From positions 49,711 through 113,710 of the forward strand of contig JBBQFH010000009.1 of assembly GCA_038321865.1 (NCBI GenBank): a DNA stretch of 64,000 bases, given 5' to 3'. A program made the position numbers and the translations under genes. Source of the DNA: Gemmatimonadales bacterium (lineage in GTDB: Bacteria > Gemmatimonadota > Gemmatimonadetes > Gemmatimonadales > GWC2-71-9). Below, one piece after another: positions 29,073 to 38,436 of this stretch; position 1 is the stretch's first letter, and each line of letters opens with the position of its first letter. A model generated the notes under the pieces. It was not told where the DNA came from and made no database searches. It saw only the letters and a program-made list of their open reading frames with translations.

Positions 29073-30110
29073 ATGCCCCCGTCCCCAACGTCCAAACGAT
29101 TCTCCGTCCGGCCCCGGCACGCGCTCACCGCAGCCGCCATCTTCGCCGCCGGCGTCGTCACCGGTTTGGTGGTCGGCAGGCACGGCCAGCCGGCGGCAGT
29201 GTCCGCGGTGGACCCTGCACCGCCCGTCGACCGTGTGGGCGACTCCGGCGCTGTGCGGGCCAGCCTCCGCCGCGTGCACTACCGGGTATTTCATGATGTC
29301 GCGCTCGACATCGCCTTTCTGCGCGGCGCGCTGACGCCCACACGGGCGGGGCGCCCGGTGACCTTCGACGACCCCACCTCGTTCAACATCGCCATCGATA
29401 CCGCCCGCATCGCACTCGACACCGCCGACCTCGGCGGGCTGCTGAATCAATTCGTGTTTCGCTACCAGGGCGCGGCGCTGCGCGACCTCCATGCCGAAAC
29501 CGACAGTGGCAGGCTCAGGCTCCACGGCAAGATCCACAAGCTCATCTCCCTCCCGTTCACGATCGTGGCCGCGGTGCGGGTGACGCCAGAGGGCATTATC
29601 CGCCTGCATCCCGAACAGGTGCGGGTGCTGGGCATCGGCGTGAAGGGCTTGCTCGGGGCGCTCGGCGTGGAGCTCGATGACCTGATCCGGAACAATCGGC
29701 TGCACGGAGTCAAGGTGGTGGAGAACGACCTCGAGCTCGATCCGACCGAACTGCTCCCGCCTCCCCGCATCCAGGGACGCCTTCGCGCGCTGTTGGTCGA
29801 GCCGGGCGCGGTGGTGCAGATCTTCGGACGCCGGCCGGGGGGGCCGCCGTTTGCCCCGAGTCCGACGCTGGGTACGGCCGCAATCGCATTCAGGGGCGGC
29901 GAGCTTCGGTTCGGCAAACTGACCATGGCCGATGCCGACATGCGCATCCTCCGGCCCGATTCAGCGGGACAGTTCGACTTCTACCTGGATCGGTATCTGG
30001 CGCAGCTCACGGCGGGCTACCACGTCACCACACCGGCCAACGGCCTCGACGTCGTCATGCCCGACTACGCCGAGGCCGAGAGGGGCGTGAGAGTCCGGGC
30101 CCCGCACTGA
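29073..30110 (+). CDS. Membrane-anchored/exported hypothetical protein
   Basis: N-terminal basic plus hydrophobic anchor; coding-like composition; TAGACT 5 nt before ATG. Confidence 0.7.
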   Translation: MPPSPTSKRFSVRPRHALTAAAIFAAGVVTGLVVGRHGQPAAVSAVDPAPPVDRVGDSGAVRASLRRVHYRVFHDVALDIAFLRGALTPTRAGRPVTFDDPTSFNIAIDTARIALDTADLGGLLNQFVFRYQGAALRDLHAETDSGRLRLHGKIHKLISLPFTIVAAVRVTPEGIIRLHPEQVRVLGIGVKGLLGALGVELDDLIRNNRLHGVKVVENDLELDPTELLPPPRIQGRLRALLVEPGAVVQIFGRRPGGPPFAPSPTLGTAAIAFRGGELRFGKLTMADADMRILRPDSAGQFDFYLDRYLAQLTAGYHVTTPANGLDVVMPDYAEAERGVRVRAPH

Positions 30111-30141
30111 TGGGCGGTGCCTCCGGTCAGTCTGGCCGGCG

Positions 30142-30714
30142 TCAGGCCGCGACCTGCGCCGTGGTATCGATCCAGGTGGCGAACACCTCCATGAACTTGC
30201 GGCAGAATTCGCGCGTGCCCTCGTTGGTCAGCCGGCCGGCCGGATCGAGCAATGCCGCGATGCCGCCGATGTAGGCCTCCGGCTGCTGGAGCGTGGGCAT
30301 GTCCAGAAACACCAGCGACTGACGCAGGTGATGGTTCGCGCCAAAGCCCGACAGTGCGCCGGGTGAGTTGCTGACCACTGCGGCCGCCTTGCCCTGCCAC
30401 ACGCTTTGACCATGGGGACGCGAGCCGACGTCGATCGCGTTCTTCAATACGCCGGGCACCGAGCGGTTGTATTCCGGTGTCACGAAGAGCACCGCATCCA
30501 TCAGGCTCATCGTGTCCCGGAACGTCCGCCAGCTCGCCGGAATACGGTGTTCATCATCGAAGTCCTGATTGTAGTGTTCCAGCGTGCCGATTTCGACGAT
30601 TTGCAGTGCGAGGTGCTCGGGCGCCAGCTCGATCAGCGCATTGGCCAGCTTCCGGCTGTACGACTCCCGCCGGAGACTTCCCACCAGGACGGCGACGTTG
30701 TGCGAATTGCGCAT
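30142..30714 (-). CDS. NAD(P)H-dependent FMN reductase (ChrR/YieF-like)
   Basis: VGSLRRES, TPEYNRSVPGVLKNAID, SPGALSGFGA. Confidence 0.92.
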   Translation of the reverse strand: MRNSHNVAVLVGSLRRESYSRKLANALIELAPEHLALQIVEIGTLEHYNQDFDDEHRIPASWRTFRDTMSLMDAVLFVTPEYNRSVPGVLKNAIDVGSRPHGQSVWQGKAAAVVSNSPGALSGFGANHHLRQSLVFLDMPTLQQPEAYIGGIAALLDPAGRLTNEGTREFCRKFMEVFATWIDTTAQVAA

Positions 30715-30797
30715 GGATCAGATCCTCAGTAATTGAATTCGATGTAGCATCGCGCCGGAACGGGCCGGGCACTGTGATTGGTGACCGGTCCGCGGCG

Positions 30798-31694
30798 TCA
30801 CTCCGGATCCCCGGCGAGGATCCGGAGCTTGGTGCCCCAGGGATCCGTGGCGATCCACCCGTCGCCGGCCTGCTCCGGTTCCCACCCGCCGCTGCGGATG
30901 CTGCCTGCCGCCGCCAGCGCGTCCGCCGCTGACGGAACCTGCATCGTCCACTCCAGCAGGCGCGCGTCGGCAGCTTCTGGCCCGGTCGCCCCAGCTCCCG
31001 CCCAGGTGTTGAGGCCCAGATGGTGGTGATACCCGCCGGCGGCCAGGAAGAGCGCGCCCGGATAGCCGCTCACCATCACATCCAGGCCGAGCGCCCGATG
31101 ATAGAAATCGGCGGCCTGATCCAGCGACCCGACGTGCAGATGGACGTGCCCGATCGTCGTTCCGGTGGGGAGGCCGATCCAGCGCTCACTCCCTGCGGCC
31201 TCGATGAGTCCGGCCGTGTCGAGCGGATCGCTGGCCATCACGAGCTCGCGATTCCGCACGCCCCAGCTTTCGCGCGCGCGGTCGGCGTAGATCTCGATCC
31301 CGAGCCCATCGGGGTCCTCCAGATACAGCGCTTCGCTGACGAGATGATCCGCGGAGCCGGTCCGGACGCCGAGCGCGCGAAGATGCCGCAGCAGCCGGCC
31401 CAGCGCGGCGCGATCCGGCAGCAAGATCGCGAAATGGTACAGCCCCAGCCGGCCCTTGGGCGGCGCTCGGCGAGCGCCGGGCAGTTCACTGAGCTGGAGG
31501 AGAGCAGGACCATCGGCGGCAGCAAGCGTGGCGGTGCCGGCGTGCTCCCGTATCAGCCGGAAGCCGATGATCGTGGTGTAGAACGCCACCGACCGCGCCA
31601 GGTCACCGACCTGGAGCCGAACCAGCCCAAGCCGGGTATCGGCCGGAAGCCGATACCCCGACGGCGCGACGCCGTACTCGTCGAGCGGTCGCAT
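30798..31694 (-). CDS. VOC-family catechol 2,3-dioxygenase (CatE-like)
   Basis: GLYHFAILLP, DHLVSEALYLEDPDG, IGHVHL, GGYHHHLGLNTW, DPWG. Confidence 0.9.
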   Translation of the reverse strand: MRPLDEYGVAPSGYRLPADTRLGLVRLQVGDLARSVAFYTTIIGFRLIREHAGTATLAAADGPALLQLSELPGARRAPPKGRLGLYHFAILLPDRAALGRLLRHLRALGVRTGSADHLVSEALYLEDPDGLGIEIYADRARESWGVRNRELVMASDPLDTAGLIEAAGSERWIGLPTGTTIGHVHLHVGSLDQAADFYHRALGLDVMVSGYPGALFLAAGGYHHHLGLNTWAGAGATGPEAADARLLEWTMQVPSAADALAAAGSIRSGGWEPEQAGDGWIATDPWGTKLRILAGDPE

Positions 31695-31696
31695 CG

Positions 31697-32158
31697 TCAG
31701 CTGGCCCGGCGCGTCGCGTGCCGGGCACCCAGGGCGGCATCCACGCTCGCACCGGTGGCACCGTTGCCTGCGATGAAGGCGAAGATGAGCGCGTAGAGGA
31801 GCGCGAGCTCCCCGCCGTTCTGAATCGGCGCGCCACCCTTGGGCAGGTGCACCATCGCAAACGCGACCAGCATCTCTCCCATCAGGAGAAACGCGACTGG
31901 ACGTGTCAGCAGGCCGATGACGAGGAAAAAGCCGCCCACCAGCTCCAGCACACCCGCGGCGCCGAACTGGGACATCAGCGGCACGGCGGCTCCCGGGGCG
32001 CCCATGCCGCCGAACATGCCGAAGAGCTTCTGCAGGCCATGCTGCATGAAGAGCGCGCCGACGCCGACGCGGAGCAGGACCTGGGCACTGGCGGCCAGCT
32101 GAAGCCGCGTGCGTGCGGCGATCGGCCGGTAGGTGGTGGGTGCGGAAATGGTCGTCAT
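31697..32158 (-). CDS. DoxX-family membrane protein (CatD-like)
   Basis: LLRVGVG, HGLQKLFG, LELVGG, GLLTR, NGGELA. Confidence 0.9.
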   Translation of the reverse strand: MTTISAPTTYRPIAARTRLQLAASAQVLLRVGVGALFMQHGLQKLFGMFGGMGAPGAAVPLMSQFGAAGVLELVGGFFLVIGLLTRPVAFLLMGEMLVAFAMVHLPKGGAPIQNGGELALLYALIFAFIAGNGATGASVDAALGARHATRRAS

Positions 32159-32187
32159 GGTGATCTCGCTTACTCGAAGGGTACTTA

Positions 32188-32220
32188 ACCGTGTTACGAC
32201 ATTATATGTGATGACACTTA
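32188..32220. promoter_or_regulatory. Putative MarR operator(s) upstream of doxX
   Basis: TATATGTGATGACACTTA (32203-32220) plus weaker ACCGTGTTACGACATTAT (32188-32205); resembles the palindrome at 32714. Confidence 0.6.
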
Positions 32221-32238
32221 TTAGGGCTGGACCAACCG

Positions 32239-32703
32239 TCAGCCCGGCGTGCGAACCCGCTCCAGCAGCGCCACGAGCGTCCGAAGATCCGGCTCGCTCA
32301 TGTGGCCCAGCAGGCGCCGGTGCAACTCCGCGACCGGCTCATCCAGTTCGGCCAGGAGCTGGAGCCCGCCCGGCGTGATCCGCGTCGTGACGAATCGCCG
32401 ATCGCTGTCCCCGCGCTCCCGCTCGAGGAGGCCCATCTTCTCCAGCCGATCGAGCAGGCGAGTGGCATCGGGGACCTTCGCCACGAGCCGATCCCGCACC
32501 GCGTTTCGGCAGAGACCGTGGCTGCCGGCGCCCCGGAGGACGCGAAGCACGTTGTACTGGGTGCCGGTGATGCCTCGCGACTTCATGGCCTCGCCGAAGG
32601 CGTGTCCCACTACCGCCGCCGTGCGGATGATGTTCAGATGCGCCTCTTCCTGGACGCTGCCGAACGGCTTGCTCTGCCTGATCTCCTCCTGCAGCGTGGT
32701 CAT
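32239..32703 (-). CDS. MarR-family transcriptional regulator
   Basis: GITGTQYNVLRVL, TRLLDRLEKMGL, DRRFVTTRIT; start at ATG 32703. Confidence 0.92.
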   Translation of the reverse strand: MTTLQEEIRQSKPFGSVQEEAHLNIIRTAAVVGHAFGEAMKSRGITGTQYNVLRVLRGAGSHGLCRNAVRDRLVAKVPDATRLLDRLEKMGLLERERGDSDRRFVTTRITPGGLQLLAELDEPVAELHRRLLGHMSEPDLRTLVALLERVRTPG

Positions 32704-32709
32704 GGCATC

Positions 32710-32738
32710 AATGTAGGTGTTATCACACTTACTGTCAA
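32710..32738 (-). promoter_or_regulatory. Leaderless sigma70 promoter of marR with operator in the spacer
   Basis: TTGACA-17-TACATT-6-ATG; imperfect palindrome TAAGTGTGATAACACCTA. Confidence 0.75.
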
Positions 32739-32750
32739 GGGGCAGAGCTG

Positions 32751-33644
32751 CTAGCCGGGAAAGACCCAGGTCTGGCCGATCTCCCGCACCACCACCCGCC
32801 AGGCCTCGCGGCCGGCCGCGTCGAGGAGGCGGGCGAGAGGCTCTTCGGCGGGCTCGCGGCTGAGCCGGAACGTGGAGTGGTGGATCGGAAGCAGATACGA
32901 CGCACCGAGCGCCTTGAACATGCGCCAGGCCTCTTCCGGTGAGGCGTGGTTGGCGATCCACGGGTCGTAGGCACCGATCGGCAGAATGGCGAGGTCGATC
33001 GCACGCCGCTGGCCGATCGGAGTGAGCAGGTCGGTATAGGCGGTGTCGCCGGCGAAGAGGACCGTCCGGCCGCCGCGCTCGAGGAGATAGCCTCCGTAGC
33101 CGCGATGGGTGTCGGTCAGCACCCGCGCTCCCCAGTGCCGTGCGGGCACCGCCTCCACGCGGACACCGGATACGCTGGCGGCGGCGCCCCAGGCCAGCTC
33201 GGTGACCGGGCGGAACCGTCGGACCAGATCGCGATTGCCCGCCTGGACCACGACGGGCGTATCGCGCGGAAGCGCACCGAGAGTTCCGAGGTCGGTGTGG
33301 TCCATATGGCTGTGCGACAGCACGATCAGGTCCAGTGGCGGCAGCTCACGAGCGGCAAGCGCGGGCTCCACCAGGCGACGCGGACCGAGCTTGGCGCGGC
33401 CGCGGCCGACACCGATGCGTGGCTCGAGGGCGGGATCGGTAATCAGCGCGGCGCCGTGGATATTCAGCAGCACGGTCGCGTGGCCGAGCCACGAGGCGGT
33501 GAGCTCGCCCGGACTCCAGGCGGCGGGATCGGGGCGATGGGGGGCGGGCATCATGGGCGTCGCGCTCTCTCGCCGCCGCTCGGCGATGGCGCCGCGAATG
33601 AAGCGGCGGGCGAAACCGAGATGCTGGTTGAACGGAAGTGGCAT
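32751..33644 (-). CDS. MBL-fold metallohydrolase (NAPE-PLD/RomA-like)
   Basis: WLGHAT, TDP, SHSHMDH, PARHW, FAGDT, LPIGAY, PIHH. Confidence 0.87.
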   Translation of the reverse strand: MPLPFNQHLGFARRFIRGAIAERRRESATPMMPAPHRPDPAAWSPGELTASWLGHATVLLNIHGAALITDPALEPRIGVGRGRAKLGPRRLVEPALAARELPPLDLIVLSHSHMDHTDLGTLGALPRDTPVVVQAGNRDLVRRFRPVTELAWGAAASVSGVRVEAVPARHWGARVLTDTHRGYGGYLLERGGRTVLFAGDTAYTDLLTPIGQRRAIDLAILPIGAYDPWIANHASPEEAWRMFKALGASYLLPIHHSTFRLSREPAEEPLARLLDAAGREAWRVVVREIGQTWVFPG

Positions 33645-33678
33645 GCGGGAAATCTATCCCGGTGATTACCTTTTTCGG

Positions 33679-34125
33679 ATGCGCATCGTTCTCCAGCGCG
33701 TCTCGCGAGCCTCGGTCACGATCGGAGGGCAGGTCACGGGGCGCATCGAGCGCGGCTTCTGTCTGTTGCTCGGCACCACCCACAGCGATACCGGGGCCGA
33801 AGCGGACTGGCTGGCCGAGAAGGTGGCGGGGCTTCGCCTGTTCAGCGACGCCGAAGGCCGGATGAACCTCGCGTTGTCGGAGGTCGCCGGCGCCGTACTG
33901 GTCATCTCGCAGTTCACGCTGTACGGTGATGCGGCAAAGGGCCGTCGCCCGTCGTTCGCCGCCGCCGCGCGGCCGGAGCAGGCGGCCGCGCGCTACGACG
34001 GTTTCGTCGCCGCGCTGCGTGCGCGCGGTGTCCGGGTGGAGACGGGCGAGTTCGGCGCCGACATGCAGGTGGACATTCAGAACGATGGTCCGGTAACACT
34101 CGTCCTTGACCGCGATGCCCAATGA
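33679..34125 (+). CDS. dtd: D-aminoacyl-tRNA deacylase
   Basis: [26 protein letters not shown]. Confidence 0.96.
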   Translation: MRIVLQRVSRASVTIGGQVTGRIERGFCLLLGTTHSDTGAEADWLAEKVAGLRLFSDAEGRMNLALSEVAGAVLVISQFTLYGDAAKGRRPSFAAAARPEQAAARYDGFVAALRARGVRVETGEFGADMQVDIQNDGPVTLVLDRDAQ

Positions 34126-34718
34126 CCGAGCCGATCACCCTTGCCTCAGCCTCTCCCCGCCGCCGCCAGCTGCTGGAAATGCTCGGTATTCCGCTGATCG
34201 TGGCACCATCGCACATCCCCGAGGTGCGGCGGGCCGGGGAGGCTCCGGCGGACTACGTCCAGCGACTCGCCCGCCAGAAGGCGCAGAGCGTGACTGGCCG
34301 CTTCGTGCTCGGGGCCGACACCACGGTGGTGCTCAGGGACGAAGTGCTGGAAAAGCCGCTCGATGCGGCAGATGCGCTGCGGATGCTCATGAAGCTCCAG
34401 GGCCGGACGCACCAGGTCATCACGGCAGTGGCCGTGGTGACCGGTGATGTCGTCCGCCAGGCGACCGACATCACGAGCGTGAACTTTCGCGCGGCGGACG
34501 AAGCGATGCTGCGGGCCTACGTCGCGACCGGCGAGCCGATGGACAAGGCCGGTGCGTATGGCATTCAGGGGTATGGCGCGGCTCTGGTGGAACGGATCGA
34601 GGGGGACTTCTTCAGCGTGATGGGCCTTCCGGTGCGTCTGGTGCTCCGGCTGCTGGCCGAGGCGGGGTGGGAATACCGGTTCGACGTGCCGGCGAAGGGC
34701 GCGAAGGCGAAGAAGTAG
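34122..34718 (+). CDS. maf: Maf-family nucleoside triphosphate pyrophosphatase
   Basis: [36 protein letters not shown]. Confidence 0.94.
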   Translation: MTEPITLASASPRRRQLLEMLGIPLIVAPSHIPEVRRAGEAPADYVQRLARQKAQSVTGRFVLGADTTVVLRDEVLEKPLDAADALRMLMKLQGRTHQVITAVAVVTGDVVRQATDITSVNFRAADEAMLRAYVATGEPMDKAGAYGIQGYGAALVERIEGDFFSVMGLPVRLVLRLLAEAGWEYRFDVPAKGAKAKK

Positions 34719-34721
34719 ACC

Positions 34722-36350
34722 TTACGCCTGCGGCTCGGCCCGCACGCGATAGACCGGCACCGCATGCAGCTTGCCCTTCAGTGCCATCTCCGGCAGCCAT
34801 TCGAACTCACGGGCTTCACTCACCAGGGCCCGGAACGACTCCGTGACCAGGATGTCTCCCGCGTTGGCGCGGGAGCAGAGGCGCGCCGCGATGTTTACCG
34901 AGTCGCCGATCACGGTATACTCGAGCCGCCGGTGACTTCCGATGTTGCCCGCGAACACCTCGCCGTAGTTAATGCCGATACCCACATCGATGGTCGGACG
35001 CCCCTCGGCGGCCCAGCGTTCATTGAGCCGTGCCAGCGCCGCCTGCATGGCGACCGCCGCGCGGAGCGCCCGGTCCGGATCGTCGCCGTGGGCGATCGGC
35101 GCACCCCACAGCGCCATCATCGCGTCGCCGATGAATTTATCGAGCGTGCCGCCGTGCTCGAAGATCACCTCCAACATCTCGGTGAAGTAGTCGCTCAGGA
35201 GGCGGGCGATCTCGTCCGGACTCATGGACTCCGACATGGTCGTGAAGCCGCGGATGTCGCTGAAGAGAATGGTGATCGGCCGCTTCTCCCCTCCCAGCCG
35301 GACGGCCCCCTGCTGGCGGGCGATCTCGAGCGCGACGTTCGGCGCGAAGTACCGCTCGAAATTCGAGCGGACCATGGCCTCCCGCTGGATCTGCTCGGCG
35401 TAGCGGCTGTTCTTGATGCCGAGCGCGGCCAGCCCGCTGAACGCGACCAGAAACTGCAGGTCCTCATCGGTGAACGAGTTCACCGCCGTCAGGTTGTCCA
35501 CGTACAGGATGCCCAGCACCTGGTCGGACGAGGCCATGAGCGGCGAGCACATCGCGCTCCGCACGCTTTGCATCATGATCGAGCGTCCCTGGAAGCGGGC
35601 GTCGGTGGCGGCGTTGTGAGAGAGCACGGCGACGCGCTCGTCCACGACCTTGCGGGCGATCGAGCGCGGCACGCGCTGAAACTCGGCGTCGCCCAGGCGG
35701 CTGCGTGAGATCGTCGGAAGCAGCTCGCCGGTGTCGCTCAGGAGCAGGATCGAGACGCGGTCGACGTTCATCACCTCGAACGTCATATCGGCGACCGTGC
35801 CGAGCAGACGATCCAGGTCGAGCTCGCCGGACAGCTTCTGCGAGATGTCGAGCAGGAGGGACAGCTTCTTGGTGGTGCGCTCCTCCTCGGTGCGAGCGGC
35901 AAGCCGGAGCTGCCCGATCTCCGACATCGGGCCGTCGCCGGTAATGATACCCGGTGGAATACCGCCGCTCACCTGCATCTGGCGGACGATCTTGCCACCC
36001 GGCGCATGGGTCCCCGTCAAGAGCGCCGCGTCCGATGCCGGCGTCGGCGCGGACTGAAGAGGCGGCGTCTCCTCGACGCGAAACTGCACCTTGCCGAAGG
36101 TGACGAATTCGCCCGTCGAAACCGTGCCTTCCTTCACCCGCGCGCCATTGATGCAGGTGCCGTTGGAGCTGCCCAGGTCCCTGAGCTGCACGCCCGCCGG
36201 GCCGGCGGTCAGCTCAGCGTGGCGGCGCGAGATCGTCGGGTCATAGACCGCGATGTCGCTCGTGATGCCGCGACCCACGACGACGCACCGGCCTTCCGGA
36301 AGTTCGAAGACCTGGCTGCCGACGACGCTGACGAGGCGATATGATGGCAT
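34722..36350 (-). CDS. FHA-GAF-class III adenylate cyclase
   Basis: FHA (GR, SRRHA, DLGSSNGT); GAF (SAMCSPL, LYVD); cyclase (FSDIRGFT, DKFIGDA, YTVIGDSVNIAARL). Confidence 0.92.
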   Translation of the reverse strand: MPSYRLVSVVGSQVFELPEGRCVVVGRGITSDIAVYDPTISRRHAELTAGPAGVQLRDLGSSNGTCINGARVKEGTVSTGEFVTFGKVQFRVEETPPLQSAPTPASDAALLTGTHAPGGKIVRQMQVSGGIPPGIITGDGPMSEIGQLRLAARTEEERTTKKLSLLLDISQKLSGELDLDRLLGTVADMTFEVMNVDRVSILLLSDTGELLPTISRSRLGDAEFQRVPRSIARKVVDERVAVLSHNAATDARFQGRSIMMQSVRSAMCSPLMASSDQVLGILYVDNLTAVNSFTDEDLQFLVAFSGLAALGIKNSRYAEQIQREAMVRSNFERYFAPNVALEIARQQGAVRLGGEKRPITILFSDIRGFTTMSESMSPDEIARLLSDYFTEMLEVIFEHGGTLDKFIGDAMMALWGAPIAHGDDPDRALRAAVAMQAALARLNERWAAEGRPTIDVGIGINYGEVFAGNIGSHRRLEYTVIGDSVNIAARLCSRANAGDILVTESFRALVSEAREFEWLPEMALKGKLHAVPVYRVRAEPQA

Positions 36351-36359
36351 GAGCGAAGC

Positions 36360-37841
36360 CTAGCGAGTCCCGGCGGCGCGGGCGAGGGCGGCGAGCACGG
36401 CGCCGGCCTTGGCCTCGGTCTCCATCCATTCGCGATGGGGATCGGAATCGGCCACGATGCCGGCGCCGGCCTGCACCCAGGCGCGGCCGCCGCGCATGAC
36501 GCAGGTGCGGATGGCGATCGCCGTATCCAGCGACGTCGCGCCCCAGCCGATGTAGCCGACCGCCCCGGCGTATGGGCCGCGCCGCGTAGGCTCGAGCGCG
36601 TCGATGATCTGCATGGCGCGCACCTTCGGCGCGCCCGAGACTGTGCCGGCCGGAAAACACGCGGCGAGCGCCGCCAGCGCATCGAACTCCGGCCGGAGCG
36701 TGCCTCGCACCTCGCTCACCAGGTGCATCACGTGCGAATACCGTTCGACCGTCATGTACGCCGTCACCTCGACCGAGCCGTATTCCGCCACCTTGCCGAC
36801 GTCGTTCCGGCCGAGATCCACCAGCATTACGTGTTCGGCCCGCTCCTTGTCATCGGCCAGCAGCTCGTCGGCCAGCGCCGCGTCCTGCTCGGCGGTACGT
36901 CCCCTGGGCCGAGTCCCCGCGATCGGCCGCACCATCACTTCGCGGCCATGCACCCGTACGAGCGCTTCGGGTGAGCTGCCGATGATGTGAAGGTCATCGC
37001 AGTGAAGAAAATAGAGATACGGCGCGGGGTTGAGCGCGCGCAGATGCCGGTAGGTCAGCAGCGGCTCAGGCGCCTCCAAGTCGAGGCGGCGCGAGAGCAC
37101 GGTCTGGAAGGTGTCCCCGGCGACGATATGCTCCTGGATGACCCTCACATCGGCTTCGAACTGCGCATCGGCGTACGGGGAGGTCACCGGCAGCGCGGGG
37201 GCGTCGCCGGCATCGAGCGGGGCCAGCGTTCCCGGTGTCCGGAGCCGATCGAGCCAGTCGGTGATTCGCGCCGCAGCCACGTCGTACCGGGCTCGAAGCT
37301 CACGGTCATCCAGCTCCGCCGTGACCGCGATGCTCGCCACGACGGTGGCGCGGCCGTACACATTGTCGAGGACAACCACCGTATCCGCGATCATGAGCAC
37401 GGCGTCGGGCAGCTCGCGGTCGTCGGGCGGCGCGTCGGGCAGCCGCTCGAGCGTGCGCACGACGTCGTACCCGATGAAGCCGACGGCGCCGCCGGTGAAC
37501 GGCGGCAGACCCTGGACCGGCGCGGCCGGACGACCCCGGAGGATGCCGCCGATGTGTTCCAGCGGCGCCGCGTCGGTCTCCGGTTCCCACCCGCCGGCGC
37601 TGGTCCAGCGGGCACAGCGCCGGCCGAAATAGCGAAACACCTCGGATGGCTCGGTCCCGATGAAACTGTAGCGGGCCCAGCGCTCCCCACCCTGGAGCGA
37701 CTCGAGCAGGAAGCCGTACGGGCCGCGATGCAGCTTGGCGAAGGCGCTCACGGGCGTGTCCCCGTCGAGCACCACTTCACGGGTTACCGGCACCATGCCG
37801 CCGCCGCGCGCGAGCTCGCGGAAGGCGTCGAACGAAGTCAC
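36360..37841 (-). CDS. trpE: Anthranilate synthase component I
   Basis: FLLES, RYSFIG, NPAPY, SSPE, PIAGTRPRG, KERAEHVMLVDLGRND, PAGTVSGAPK, AGAGIVADS; GTG start 37841. Confidence 0.9.
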   Translation of the reverse strand: MTSFDAFRELARGGGMVPVTREVVLDGDTPVSAFAKLHRGPYGFLLESLQGGERWARYSFIGTEPSEVFRYFGRRCARWTSAGGWEPETDAAPLEHIGGILRGRPAAPVQGLPPFTGGAVGFIGYDVVRTLERLPDAPPDDRELPDAVLMIADTVVVLDNVYGRATVVASIAVTAELDDRELRARYDVAAARITDWLDRLRTPGTLAPLDAGDAPALPVTSPYADAQFEADVRVIQEHIVAGDTFQTVLSRRLDLEAPEPLLTYRHLRALNPAPYLYFLHCDDLHIIGSSPEALVRVHGREVMVRPIAGTRPRGRTAEQDAALADELLADDKERAEHVMLVDLGRNDVGKVAEYGSVEVTAYMTVERYSHVMHLVSEVRGTLRPEFDALAALAACFPAGTVSGAPKVRAMQIIDALEPTRRGPYAGAVGYIGWGATSLDTAIAIRTCVMRGGRAWVQAGAGIVADSDPHREWMETEAKAGAVLAALARAAGTR

Positions 37842-38398
37842 CTCGGCGCGGCGACCAGATAGGTGCCGGGCTGAGCCGCCAGTGCCTGGAGATTGTCCGA
37901 CGCCGGGTGGGTGGAAGCCAGGAGCGTGATCTGGCCGTTGGCCGAGGAGCGGCCGATGGCGAGGGCACGCTCGAACAGCAGGTGATTGGCGTACTTGGGC
38001 GCCGCGTCGGCGGGCACGACAAGGTGGACGGCGTACTTGAAGGTGATCTGCCCACCTGCCGCGAACGGCGAATCGGTCTCGATGATCAGGCCGAGCCCGG
38101 CAGGGGCCGGCCGCAGCGTGACGTGCACGGCGGTGCCGGCCGGCGCCTGGAAGGCCCCGGCCCCGAAGTACACGTCTGCCAGGATCATGTTGTCGGGATC
38201 CGGCGTGCGCAGCAGCACGTGGCGCGGGGTGCCGGACACGAGCGCCGCGGCGGTGTCGGCCGGCGGTGGCCCCGACCGGCCCGCGAGGTAGACGTCGGTC
38301 ATCGCCACGGTCCGCTCGGCGGTCGGCTTCGGTGCACTCTCCTGCGCCGGCGTCGTGCCGCGGCCGCATGCGGCCGCGGCTCCGAGCCACAGTGTCAT
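37838..38398 (-). CDS. Putative lipoprotein, hypothetical (start uncertain)
   Basis: AAAC lipobox-like motif; stop overlaps trpE start (GTGA). Confidence 0.6.
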   Translation of the reverse strand: MTLWLGAAAACGRGTTPAQESAPKPTAERTVAMTDVYLAGRSGPPPADTAAALVSGTPRHVLLRTPDPDNMILADVYFGAGAFQAPAGTAVHVTLRPAPAGLGLIIETDSPFAAGGQITFKYAVHLVVPADAAPKYANHLLFERALAIGRSSANGQITLLASTHPASDNLQALAAQPGTYLVAAPR

Positions 38399-38436
38399 GC
38401 TTGCCCGGGCCGTCCGACCCTCGAATATTCCCACGG

